Source: Escherichia phage 235Ecol030PP
Sequence record: PP355091.1
Length of the DNA stretch: 64,000 nt
Direction: 5' to 3' (one strand)
A program made the position numbers and the translations under genes. This document shows positions 1 to 9,799 of this stretch, one piece after another (within the stretch, counting starts at the first letter, position 1; the number at the start of each line of letters is the position of its first letter). Below the pieces are notes generated by a model that was given only the letters and a program-made list of their open reading frames with translations, was not told the origin of the DNA and searched no databases.

Positions 1-550
1 CGTAAGCGTACTGGACATTAGCGTCTTTAAACGTACCTTTAGAGGTATCTATTTCTGCCTTAAAGCCGCCTTTAGCCATAGCATCGGCAAATTCTTTACG
101 GAAAGCCATTGCATCAAGACCTTTCCATGATGATTTATGCTTGGCAAATTCAAGACCAGCGTAGTTGACAGCCTTAGCTAATTTATTATCAATAACCCAT
201 TTACCGGCTTTAGGCACAAACTTCGGGCCTTTTTGTTTAGAGAACAGTTTTAAATTCCAGCGACGAAGGTCACTGTCGGCTTTAACAAAAGCTGCGTCTA
301 AGTTACTAGCAACAACATCTTCAATATGAGCAAATTTAAGTCCGTCAACTTCAATATTTAGATCGTTACGCCAGCGAAGTCCTTCCCAAGCGAAGGCTTT
401 AAAGTCGGAAGCCTTTGTAGCTAAGTACCGTTCAATAGGAGCTGTTTTAGGGTCAAAGCCGTTTCCCGATCGGTAGGTCCACTCATCTTTATTAATGCCT
501 TTGGCCTTTACTATAGAAGCTTCGGCAATAAATTCTTGATAGGTTTTCAT
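1..550 (-). CDS. ipIII: internal head protein, IPIII-like, with capsid-targeting sequence; 3' end lies beyond window start
   Basis: ATG at 550-548; N-terminus reads MKTYQEFIAEA, the T4 internal-protein CTS with a gp21-type I-x-E site; ORF open to position 1. Confidence 0.6.
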   Translation of the reverse strand, partial: MKTYQEFIAEASIVKAKGINKDEWTYRSGNGFDPKTAPIERYLATKASDFKAFAWEGLRWRNDLNIEVDGLKFAHIEDVVASNLDAAFVKADSDLRRWNLKLFSKQKGPKFVPKAGKWVIDNKLAKAVNYAGLEFAKHKSSWKGLDAMAFRKEFADAMAKGGFKAEIDTSKGTFKDANVQYAY

Positions 551-611
551 GTGTTTCCTTGTTTGTTTTGATAGAGTAATTATACCATATTAATACTTAA
601 GCGTAAACCGT

Positions 612-872
612 TTAAGCTTTACCGCCAGAAATAATTCCGAAGTTGTTAAAATCATATCCAATATCGTCAACATCTACTTTAGGACTTGCTACAACATAAG
701 CAATTTCACTACATTTTGCACAGGTGTTGATTTCTTTACCATCGCCACCTAAGAAAGAATACCCATTACGTTTTAATGAGCCAAAGTCTTCCGCATCATC
801 AATGAAAGCTTTAACTTTAAATTTAGAACCTTTGGCATCTGCTTCAACGATAAATTCTTGATACATTTTCAT
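612..872 (-). CDS. internal protein, IPII-like, CTS-bearing
   Basis: 86 aa; N-terminus MKMYQEFIVEA; AAGGA RBS before ATG at 872. Confidence 0.6.
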   Translation of the reverse strand: MKMYQEFIVEADAKGSKFKVKAFIDDAEDFGSLKRNGYSFLGGDGKEINTCAKCSEIAYVVASPKVDVDDIGYDFNNFGIISGGKA

Positions 873-985
873 TTTTCCTTAGTAAATTGATTTACCAAAG
901 TATTTGTACCAAGTCGGACGTTGATCAATTTTTTCATCTAAGCGTGCTTGATTTATCGCAATGGACGCTTCGGACGGGTCATAAT

Positions 986-1040
986 TTCCTCCAAGTAGTT
1001 GATGAATGTATAGTATCAAAACCCTTGGAGGAAGTAAACA
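986..1040 (-). promoter_or_regulatory. early sigma70-type promoter with stem-loop (PeSL-like cassette), copy 1
   Basis: minus strand GTTTAC (fwd 1034-1039), 18-nt spacer, TACTAT (fwd 1010-1015); 10-bp inverted repeat TTCCTCCAAG/CTTGGAGGAA (fwd 986-995 and 1024-1033). Confidence 0.5.
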
Positions 1041-1041
1041 A

Positions 1042-2282
<1,241 letters not shown>

Positions 2283-2286
<4 letters not shown>

Positions 2287-2771
2287 TTTAATTTCCTGCA
2301 TTCAGTGATAAAGTTATTTAAATTTTGAGTATATTTCTTTTCATCAAAAATCTTTTGTTGTCTGCGTAAACGCCATGGCATTTCAATGAACACACACCAT
2401 ATTCCTGATAATATTGCTGTTGTCAAAATATTAACAAGTATGATTAAAAGAATCCAATCTCCCGTTCTGCCTACTGGACTTTCTCCAAAGAAGCAAAATA
2501 CAAATGATGTCACAGGAAGACTAATAATATACCACAGAATCATAATCTTATCTGTGAACCAATCAGCGTTCGTTAACTTAGCACGACCGTTTTGAATACA
2601 TACGAACTTATCATCTGTTATAATAGATGGCTTAGCTGCTTGATATCCCATTCTAAACTCCCTAATCAACAAATTTTTCATATCTTCGGAACAACCATTC
2701 CAGTCAACTCTATCAACTGGAATGCCATCATCCCCATCATCTAAATCATACCAGCGAGTTTTTAAAATCAT
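2283..2771 (-). CDS. small membrane protein, e.2-like, paralog family member
   Basis: hydrophobic segments; C-terminal motif NFITECRK; ATG at 2771 overlaps upstream stop (ATGA). Confidence 0.6.
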
Positions 2772-3130
2772 CTGATTTTCCTGCAATCACTCACAAACTC
2801 TTTCATTGCTTCATTTTCAATATAAGAAATGTAGCTATTATATTCCTTTAATTGTATTTTGTAATCTTTTTTTCTTTGCCAATTTATTTTAAAATTATCA
2901 TAATGAAAATATAACATGGTACCAAAGAATGAAAATAATGAAATAATTTTAGTATAGTGAAGTTCACTCCAAACTTCTATTATATTTACTGTGCCGTCAA
3001 TGTTTAAAATAAGACAGTCAATTAACAATCCAAAAAGACTACCCGCAAGAGCTGCAGCCAACGCCACAGCAAAAATTAAAAATGACTCAGGAAGCGAATA
3101 TTTGGCTTTATTTAGTTTTGGCTTTTGCAT
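2768..3130 (-). CDS. small membrane protein, e.3-like, paralog family member
   Basis: 120 aa; N-terminal TM helix; C-terminal motif EFVSDCRK. Confidence 0.6.
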   Translation of the reverse strand: MQKPKLNKAKYSLPESFLIFAVALAAALAGSLFGLLIDCLILNIDGTVNIIEVWSELHYTKIISLFSFFGTMLYFHYDNFKINWQRKKDYKIQLKEYNSYISYIENEAMKEFVSDCRKIR

Positions 3131-3504
3131 CGTGATTCCTTAACAAATTTCATAATTTCATTAAATTCATACTCAGCAAGTTTAAGCTGGTGTTCCTTTT
3201 TAATCTTTTTACACTGAGCTTTCCAATCGTGTACACGTTTACGATAATGTCTTCCTTGATACCAGTATCCTACCCAATTTACGGGTACTAATAAAAGTGG
3301 AACTACCAATGGAAGAATTAGCATTAACACAAGTATTTCGCCAGAATCAATATCAGTCATAACATCTAAAACACCTCCAATAATCAATAGAATTACAAAT
3401 GATATAAGTATAACAGGACCTATTAATACATCAGTAGAAATTATCTGGTGCTTTGATTCATACTTCAAAGGTTTACTTGGAAGGTATAGTGATGGTTTTG
3501 ACAT
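3112..3504 (-). CDS. small membrane protein, e.4-like, paralog family member
   Basis: ATG at 3504 (MSKPSLYLPSKPLKY); track ORF starts at TTG 3525; TM-rich; C-terminal motif KFVKESRCK. Confidence 0.6.
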   Translation of the reverse strand: MSKPSLYLPSKPLKYESKHQIISTDVLIGPVILISFVILLIIGGVLDVMTDIDSGEILVLMLILPLVVPLLLVPVNWVGYWYQGRHYRKRVHDWKAQCKKIKKEHQLKLAEYEFNEIMKFVKESRCKSQN

Positions 3505-4083
3505 ATTCTCTACATTCCTTAACAAATTTTTCTAATAATAAATCGCTTTCAAAATTGGGATTTTCCACGAATTTATCAAAAAGATCATCAACAATAGTTA
3601 AGATATTCTTTTTACTAAGAATACGCTTATTTTCATGCTTCGTTTCAGAATCAACTATAAGAGTAAAGAAATATTTCTTGCCCTGAAATTTTACAGTAGT
3701 ATCAATATAGAATAAATTTGACTTTTGTAAATTACGTTTAAACCATGCGTCGCTTAAACTATAAACGCCAAGATAATCATAATCGTCGTTTAAATAACAG
3801 ACCGTCCATTCAGGAGAAACAAAATCAGTAAATTCAACGTCAAAATCGCATATGTTAATAAATGAATTGATTCAATACTGTTAATAAGTATTCCAGGACG
3901 TATTAAAGACTTTTTACCTCTAGAAAATCTTCCAGAAAGACTTTCATCAGTTTCATATGAAGAACCCCAATAATAATTACGTCCTTCTGCCATACGTTTA
4001 AGAGCATTTAATAATTGGTCTGGAACATCAACCTGTCTTTGAAACTCTTCAAACATTGAATTGAAATCACTTTGCATTTTCAT
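3473..4083 (-). pseudogene. frameshift-interrupted ORF (e.5-like), 4th member of paralog family by C-terminal motif
   Basis: ATG 4083 frame open to 3790; a second frame with no ATG/GTG start runs 3871-3473 and ends EKFVKECREYVK; frames join with a 1-nt indel near 3855-3872. Confidence 0.45.
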
Positions 4084-4104
4084 TCCTATTTACTCCAAGT
4101 AATA

Positions 4105-4118
4105 GGGGCCGAAGCCCC
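4105..4118 (-). terminator. GC stem-loop with tetraloop downstream of 4125..4718 gene
   Basis: GGGGC-CGAA-GCCCC; same 20-nt hairpin recurs at 45073-45091. Confidence 0.4.
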
Positions 4119-4124
4119 TTATCA

Positions 4125-4718
4125 TTATTTCAGAGAATTAATGTATTCCTGAACATCGGCAGAGGTAGTTTCAACCCCAGAAATATTACCGTTAAAGGTT
4201 TCAACTCGAGCAAGAGTATCTTCAATATCAACCTTAGTCAGTGCTGCAATTTCAACTACATCATCAGCAGTACTAATTCCAAGGGCATTCGCGGCGCGAG
4301 TTTCACGGATATATTCCAATTTAACTGCAAGTTCTTGGCGAGCATCATCCAATTCAACTACTTTCTTAGCGATTTCAATTCGCATTTCAGCATAACCATC
4401 AGCTTTAGTAGTCAACTGCTCAGCTGTTCGACGATATAGTAAACCGAGTTTAGCATGCATTGTTACATCTTGACCTTCGGAAAGAAGCTTGCGAATTTCA
4501 CGCTCTTTTGATTCGGCTTGCTTATTCTTTTCGACAATAAGTTCACGAATACGCTTTTCTTCATTAATAGATTTAACGGAAGCAGTTTTTAGATCTTTAA
4601 TCTTATCAAGTAGTTTTGCTGCCGCAGCAGTATACTGTTCTTCAACAGATAGATTTTTAGCCATAGCAGAACCAAGTTTAGTGCGAATAAACTCAACAAT
4701 TTTCTTCAGTGTGTTCAT
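4125..4718 (-). CDS. coiled-coil protein (e.6-like), function unknown
   Basis: 197 aa, ATG start, K/E-rich heptad-like sequence. Confidence 0.7.
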
Positions 4719-4774
4719 AGTATTTCCTTAGGTTGGTATAATTAGATAATATCACGTTTTAATAGATTGTAAAC

Positions 4775-5110
4775 TTATTCTTCGTCTAGCTCGTCGATAA
4801 AGACGTTGATGGCCTCGATAACGGCATCATTGATAGCCAATAAAATAAAATCATCGTCAGTACCTTTAGAAGATTCTAAAGCATTGATATATGCTTGGTT
4901 GGCGAGTTCCCAAGCCTTTTTAAAATAAGGAGCTTCATCATCAGGACAAATATCCCGCACGCCTTCAAAGATACGTTTGGCATAATCTAACACCCATTGT
5001 ACAGGCATGTTTTGAGAACGTTCGTTAAACTCTTTAAAGTCCTTAGATTCAAAAAGCTCTTCAGGATAATTATTTCTATTACAAAAAGCTTTACTAAAGT
5101 TACGTTTCAT
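4775..5110 (-). CDS. hypothetical protein (e.7-like)
   Basis: 111 aa ORF with ATG start, acidic C-terminus. Confidence 0.65.
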   Translation of the reverse strand: MKRNFSKAFCNRNNYPEELFESKDFKEFNERSQNMPVQWVLDYAKRIFEGVRDICPDDEAPYFKKAWELANQAYINALESSKGTDDDFILLAINDAVIEAINVFIDELDEE

Positions 5111-5166
5111 AATGTTTTCCTCATTTGTATAGGCTCATAATATCTCAATCATGAGCCTATGTAAAC

Positions 5167-5430
5167 TTATTTCATATTATTGAAATATTCTTCTGCGATT
5201 TCGTCGTTATCATGGTAAACTTTAGAAGACAGTTTAACATAACTTTCAGCAGTGAACATGTTAATCACAACCTTTACAGTATACCACTGACCATCTTCAT
5301 TACCCATTACTGCGTAAGTTTCAAACATCGGATGATCAGGACCGATAACTTTAATATCATTCACTGTACGACCAAAATCTTCTGAAACACATTTCATAAA
5401 GAAGTTGAACAGTTCGCCGTAATTATCCAT
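5167..5430 (-). CDS. hypothetical protein (e.8-like)
   Basis: ATG at 5430 with GGAG RBS; track ORF begins at TTG 5442. Confidence 0.65.
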   Translation of the reverse strand: MDNYGELFNFFMKCVSEDFGRTVNDIKVIGPDHPMFETYAVMGNEDGQWYTVKVVINMFTAESYVKLSSKVYHDNDEIAEEYFNNMK

Positions 5431-5474
5431 TTCATTCTCCAAGTTGTTTTCTGTATCAGTAGTTGATAGTTGTA

Positions 5475-5502
5475 TAGTACCATAGAAGAACAGGGATGTA
5501 AA
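5475..5502 (-). promoter_or_regulatory. early sigma70-type promoter (PeSL-like family), copy 2
   Basis: minus strand GTTTAC (fwd 5497-5502) and TACTAT (fwd 5475-5480); shares a ~20-nt core with copies at 1010-1039, 9752-9781, 10115-10144. Confidence 0.5.
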
Positions 5503-5634
5503 CAGTTTTGTGAAAAATTTTTTAAAAAGTTTTGGGGAATTCTAGGGCAAGGAGGGGAAATTAAAGGATAGGATAATATATTATAAAGGGTAGAAACTAA
5601 ATGATGCCTAGAGAGGCCTGGAAAGGCCTAGATA

Positions 5635-5661
5635 CCAAAAAGCCCCAACCTTTTGGTCGGG
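5635..5661 (-). terminator. rho-independent terminator, minus strand
   Basis: minus RNA CCCGACC-AAAA-GGUUGGG stem-loop followed by UUUUU; near-copy at 6193-6221. Confidence 0.6.
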
Positions 5662-5671
5662 ACTAAGAATA

Positions 5672-6144
5672 TTATTTGATTTGTTTAGCAGACCAAATGC
5701 GGTCTTTAATAATTTTTTGGATGTCTTCAACATACTCAAGAGAATGAGCATGTGGGTTATCTTTAAAGCTATGAGCACGAGCTAGCTTTTGGCCTTCAGT
5801 TTTGATTACTAAAAGCTCTTTAAGGATAGCTTCATATTTGGAGATAATTCCTTTAACGATATTTTTTCTTGTGCGACTTTAGGATCTGCTTTAGGAGCAG
5901 GTTTACCCGAAGCCTTTGCAAAAGCAGCGCCAGTAGCAACTAAACTTTTCCAGGCCATACTAACTGCATTTCCCGTAAATCCTTCCGCTTTCATGTCGCG
6001 TGCGAACTGGAATCGTGATTCATCAGAAGCATCTTTGTAAGAATATTTACCCGCTGCAATGGCTGCTTTTGCGACAGCTTGAATTTCGGTGCTAGATGCT
6101 TCATTTAACACCGCTTCATTTAAAAATTGAGTATATGATTTCAT
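5672..6144 (-). pseudogene. CTS-bearing internal-protein-like gene interrupted by frameshift at A6 run
   Basis: ATG 6144, N-terminus MKSYTQFLNEAVLNEA; frame ends at 5809; a second frame continues plausibly to stop 5672 beside terminator; frames meet at fwd T6 run 5862-5867. Confidence 0.5.
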
Positions 6145-6184
6145 CTTATTTCCTGTTTTAATTCGTGGTTTTAATATACTACTA

Positions 6185-6192
6185 TATTTATA
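6185..6192 (-). promoter_or_regulatory. late promoter TATAAATA, minus strand
   Basis: fwd TATTTATA; about 40 nt upstream of ATG 6144. Confidence 0.5.
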
Positions 6193-6221
6193 CCAAAAAG
6201 CCCCAACCTTTCGGTCGGGGC
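6193..6221 (-). terminator. rho-independent terminator, minus strand
   Basis: minus RNA GCCCCGACC-GAAA-GGUUGGGGC with one G.U, followed by UUUUU. Confidence 0.65.
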
Positions 6222-6527
6222 TAAGCCTTGCGGCAACCTTGTCGGGGTTCCACCTGCTAAGGCAAGTGTTTGTACGAAACGCCGGGATTCGAACCCGGTT
6301 ATTAAGCAGTTGACGCTACTCAATATTTTTAAAAGGCCATATCTCGACCATATCCGAACGTTCCGTCAAAAACGCTACTCGGTTTACGGCAAAGATATTT
6401 CCTCGAATCGATAATTCGGTGCGCCGTTTCTGCTGTGATAGTAAAGAGCCAGAACACAGTAAAACTGTGGGAGGAAACTATACTCCAGGGAACATCAGTC
6501 CGACGACTTACCGGTAGCGACCCGGTT
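6222..6527 (-). ncRNA. probable stable small RNA(s) downstream of tRNA-Arg, T4 species 1 / species 2 type
   Basis: no ORF of 60 aa or more; tRNA-like T-arm CCGGGTTCGAATCCCGG (fwd ~6283-6299); ends at terminator 6193-6221; boundaries not determined. Confidence 0.3.
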
Positions 6528-6529
6528 TC

Positions 6530-6880
6530 TTAGTATTCTTTTAAAGCATCAACCTGTTCACGACGTTTACGCCATAAATCAATTACTTCATACGCAGATT
6601 CAGCATTTCGAATTGGACGGCATTTATATAAAGACTTGTGATTTTGATATTGTGTAGATAACGGAATTTTATCTAAAAGGTCTTTACGTTCAAAATATTC
6701 GTAACCATCTAAACCAAATGAACGATTTTTGAGAAATTGCCAATGACCATATTCGTTTTCGACATAAACATAATCTGCATGCTGATAAAGCAAATTAATT
6801 ACACGTTCAGAAATAACAGTATCATTATGATTAAAATAGAATGTTAAATCATGAACTACTAAATAAACATTACCTTTCAT
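6530..6880 (-). CDS. hypothetical protein between stable RNA region and tRNA-Arg
   Basis: 116 aa, ATG at 6880 with GAGGAAA RBS. Confidence 0.6.
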   Translation of the reverse strand: MKGNVYLVVHDLTFYFNHNDTVISERVINLLYQHADYVYVENEYGHWQFLKNRSFGLDGYEYFERKDLLDKIPLSTQYQNHKSLYKCRPIRNAESAYEVIDLWRKRREQVDALKEY

Positions 6881-6898
6881 ATTTTCCTCACTTATAAT

Positions 6899-6974
6899 TG
6901 GTCGAGGCAGTAGGGATCGAACCTACGACCCAGGACTTAGAAGGTCCTTGCTCTTCCTTCTGAGCTATGCCCCG
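6899..6974 (-). tRNA. tRNA-Arg (anticodon UCU), CCA encoded
   Basis: cloverleaf read by hand; T-arm GTAGG-TTCGATC-CCTAC; anticodon loop CUUCUAA. Confidence 0.85.
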
Positions 6975-6977
6975 TAA

Positions 6978-7643
6978 TTAAAATTTCATTTTTCGACCTT
7001 TAAACCATCCTTCTGGAATTGGGTCAGTTTTCTTAATACGTTTAGAAACTTTTTCATCTAATGAATGAATCCACATCATACCAAATTGGGAATTCTTTTC
7101 GCCCTGTTGATGTTTATTTCTGGCGTGAGATTCTTTCATTTTATTAATAGTTTCAGGAGTATGATGCTTATTTAAAAATCTGCTATTATTTAAAAATTTT
7201 TCCCTGTATTCAGGAGTTGACCACAAGCGTTTAAATACATTTGAACCATGTTTACGATATTTTTCTTGAAGTAAAATATCATTTTTAAAACGTGACTTAA
7301 ACGATTTAGCTCCTTTTAAGCTAGCATCTTTCTTCTGGTTTAGCATCCCAGGAATATTTACATGATCCCATCCACCTTCACCACCAAGTTTTAAATTATA
7401 CACATCTGGTCTATTTAAAAACTCTTCTGTGACAATATTTTTCTCGGCTTCAAGCATAGATTCTTTATCGTCAAAGAACTCTAATATTTCTTTAGAAAAA
7501 TTTTCTATACCATACTTATCTTGGGCTCTTTTTAATAATTTACCAGAACCCATATATCCATCATCTAAATTTTCGGTAGAATGAGCGCCTATATAGATTT
7601 TATTATTAATTTTATTTGTTATTTTATAAATGTAATGGAACAT
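6978..7643 (-). mobile_element. segB: GIY-YIG homing endonuclease SegB within the tRNA cluster
   Basis: 221 aa; N-terminal YIYKITNKINNKIYIGAHS GIY-YIG motif; located between tRNA-Arg and tRNA-Ile as in T4. Confidence 0.85.
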
Positions 7644-7684
7644 AAATATCTCCTATTTCTAAGAGTATTTATGTTCTCAAAATA

Positions 7685-7756
7685 TGGCCCTGGGTGGAAT
7701 TGAACCACCATCTGGCGATTATGAGTCGCTTGCTTGAACCTTCCAGCTACAGGGCC
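7685..7756 (-). tRNA. tRNA-Ile (anticodon CAU; Met by anticodon alone)
   Basis: acceptor GGCCCTG/CAGGGCC, T-arm GGTGG-TTCAATT-CCACC, anticodon loop CUCAUAA. Confidence 0.8.
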
Positions 7757-7762
7757 TTGATA

Positions 7763-7835
7763 TGCTGATTGACGGAATCGAACCGCCGACGTCCTCATTA
7801 CAAGTGAGGTGCTCTACCTACTGAGCTAAATCAGC
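7763..7835 (-). tRNA. tRNA-Thr (anticodon UGU)
   Basis: D-arm GCTC-AGTAGGTA-GAGC, anticodon loop CUUGUAA, T-loop TTCGATT. Confidence 0.85.
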
Positions 7836-7842
7836 GAAATTA

Positions 7843-7929
7843 CGGAGGCGATAGGATTTGAACCTATGAGTCGCCGGAGCGACTGCCGGTTTTCAAGACC
7901 GGTGCATTAAACCACTCTGCCACGCCTCC
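7843..7929 (-). tRNA. tRNA-Ser (anticodon UGA), long variable arm
   Basis: acceptor GGAGGCG/CGCCTCC, anticodon loop CUUGAAA, T-loop TTCAAAT. Confidence 0.85.
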
Positions 7930-7931
7930 AG

Positions 7932-8005
7932 TCTCCGTGGCAGGATTTGAACCTACGACATTCTGCTCCCAAAGCAGACGCTCTACCAAACTGAGCTACA
8001 CGGAG
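7932..8005 (-). tRNA. tRNA-Pro (anticodon UGG)
   Basis: D-arm GCTC-AGTTTGGTA-GAGC, anticodon loop UUUGGGA. Confidence 0.85.
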
Positions 8006-8017
8006 TAAATTAAATTT

Positions 8018-8089
<72 letters not shown>

Positions 8090-8095
8090 AAACTT

Positions 8096-8182
8096 TGGTA
8101 CGAGAAGTGGGACTCGAACCCACAAGGAAATCATTCCGCAGCATTTTAAGTGCTGTGTCTTTACCAATTTGACCATTCTCGC
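8096..8182 (-). tRNA. tRNA-Leu (anticodon UAA), long variable arm, CCA encoded
   Basis: anticodon loop CUUAAAA, T-arm GTGGG-TTCGAGT-CCCAC, 3' ACCA. Confidence 0.85.
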
Positions 8183-8183
8183 G

Positions 8184-8256
8184 CTGGGAATAAAGGACTC
8201 GAACCTTTGCATCCTGGAATCAAAATCCAGTGCCTTACCAACTTGGCTAATTCCCA
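8184..8256 (-). tRNA. tRNA-Gln (anticodon UUG)
   Basis: acceptor TGGGAAT/ATTCCCA, anticodon loop UUUUGAU, T-loop TTCGAGT. Confidence 0.85.
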
Positions 8257-8342
8257 ATTATTAACAAAGGCTCTTTAGCAAGAACCCTTGATGATAGAGG
8301 GTATTAATCAGTGCGGTATGAGTTAATAATAACAAATAATTC

Positions 8343-8858
8343 TTAAAGCAAATTAATCATTTTAACGGTCGGCAAAACAATTTCTTCTTCAATATAAGCG
8401 AATTCGACGCTTTCAACTACACGTAGGAAATCATAGTCATAGTATTCAGAAGCATGGCCAAGAATATCAATGAGTCCTTGGGATACCTCGTCACCACTAA
8501 TAAAGAACAAGTCGAATACACGCTCTTCATCTTCTTCAGATTTATTACCAAGGTCAACTTCAATATCAAAGACCTTTTTAATAAATTCCGGGGTGAGCTG
8601 ATCAGAGAACAGTCCTTCAACCAAGTATTCATAGATAATAGATGAGCAATCACTGAATGGTGTATTACCACAATAATGTTTAGCTTTGGTACTAGAATGA
8701 CGATTCTTAAATTTCTTCAAGAGATATTTAAACTGTTGAAGCTCATGCTCTTCTACGCCAAACAATGTTTTGGTTTTATAGTTGTCACCGTCATTTTCCC
8801 AAGTAGTGACATCAATTACATAGCCCTTAGGAATTGTACTGCCTAAACGAATATTCAT
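8343..8858 (-). CDS. hypothetical acidic protein
   Basis: ATG at 8858 (MNIRLGSTIPKG); track ORF starts at TTG 8894. Confidence 0.55.
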   Translation of the reverse strand: MNIRLGSTIPKGYVIDVTTWENDGDNYKTKTLFGVEEHELQQFKYLLKKFKNRHSSTKAKHYCGNTPFSDCSSIIYEYLVEGLFSDQLTPEFIKKVFDIEVDLGNKSEEDEERVFDLFFISGDEVSQGLIDILGHASEYYDYDFLRVVESVEFAYIEEEIVLPTVKMINLL

Positions 8859-8862
8859 TTGC

Positions 8863-9153
8863 TCACCGTACCATATTAATGTAAGTATATTCAATACAAC
8901 GTAATTTCAAATGATTCTTGAAAATATCATATTCAAGAGGACCTTTTTCTGTTTCAATAAAGAAATCAAAATTTACTGTATTAAATTTACGGTCTTCCTT
9001 CACTAATTTAACTTGAGAAGATGAACGGTCAACATAAACCTTTTCAACTTCAAAACATGTTAAAACGCCATAATCATCAATCAAGGCTTTAGCCGCGTCT
9101 TGATCATATTTATATCCATTTTCAACGGACGATACTTTAGCATAAAGAATCAT
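8863..9153 (-). CDS. hypothetical protein
   Basis: ATG at 9153; contiguous with flanking genes on the same strand. Confidence 0.5.
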   Translation of the reverse strand: MILYAKVSSVENGYKYDQDAAKALIDDYGVLTCFEVEKVYVDRSSSQVKLVKEDRKFNTVNFDFFIETEKGPLEYDIFKNHLKLRCIEYTYINMVR

Positions 9154-9155
9154 TA

Positions 9156-9536
9156 TCAACCTTCATCAACAATAGTATGAGTGTGGGCATTTACAATTTG
9201 CCACCAATCAAAGCGATTAGAACCATACATTGGTTTGTTCTCATTTTCTTTAATGATATCACGGAGTTCATCTTCAGTAGCGGCTTTCGCGATTAAATCA
9301 GCATACCCACCGCGAGGATAATAATTATCACCCGCAAAAAGTAAAAAGTTCGGTTTAATATTATTGAACTCTTCAAGAGTAATAACTTTTCCTGTCGGTT
9401 GAACAATCTCTACATATTTATATCCTAATTTTTGAGCAGCATCTACTGCTTCAAGCAGGGTATCATGAGCCCATCCAATTTGGCAATCTGGCTTTTCAGA
9501 TGGATTAGCCTGATAATCCGCGTACACTTTATACAT
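9156..9536 (-). CDS. hypothetical protein
   Basis: ATG at 9536 with AAAGGTGA RBS; track ORF begins at TTG 9575. Confidence 0.55.
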   Translation of the reverse strand: MYKVYADYQANPSEKPDCQIGWAHDTLLEAVDAAQKLGYKYVEIVQPTGKVITLEEFNNIKPNFLLFAGDNYYPRGGYADLIAKAATEDELRDIIKENENKPMYGSNRFDWWQIVNAHTHTIVDEG

Positions 9537-9537
9537 T

Positions 9538-9723
9538 CTATTCACCTTTAGAAATTTTATCCATAACGATAGCAATTAAACCAATTAAAAATGCTACTAC
9601 AAGTGAAAATACATTTTCTGCTGTAGTTAATAATCCGCATATAAATCCAACAAACATTGAAAAACTAAATGCAGAAGCAGAAATTGCAATAGCAACATTT
9701 CGAATTAATTCACAACGTTTCAT
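9538..9723 (-). CDS. small hydrophobic protein, two predicted TM helices
   Basis: 61 aa, ATG 9723 with GAGGAG RBS directly downstream of early promoter copy 3. Confidence 0.5.
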   Translation of the reverse strand: MKRCELIRNVAIAISASAFSFSMFVGFICGLLTTAENVFSLVVAFLIGLIAIVMDKISKGE

Positions 9724-9751
9724 TTTATTCTCCTCAGTAGTTGATAGGGTA

Positions 9752-9781
9752 ATAGTATCACAACTAAAACCCTATGTAAAC
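9752..9781 (-). promoter_or_regulatory. early promoter with stem-loop (PeSL-like cassette), copy 3
   Basis: GTTTAC (fwd 9776-9781), TACTAT (fwd 9752-9757); inverted repeat ATAGGGT/ACCCTAT brackets the -10. Confidence 0.5.
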
Positions 9782-9799
9782 AACTTTGTGAAAAATTTA

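Noticed and set aside
4125-4718. Possible PspA/IM30-like membrane-stress protein
   Set aside because: Only generic coiled-coil similarity; no convincing motif alignment to PspA by eye.
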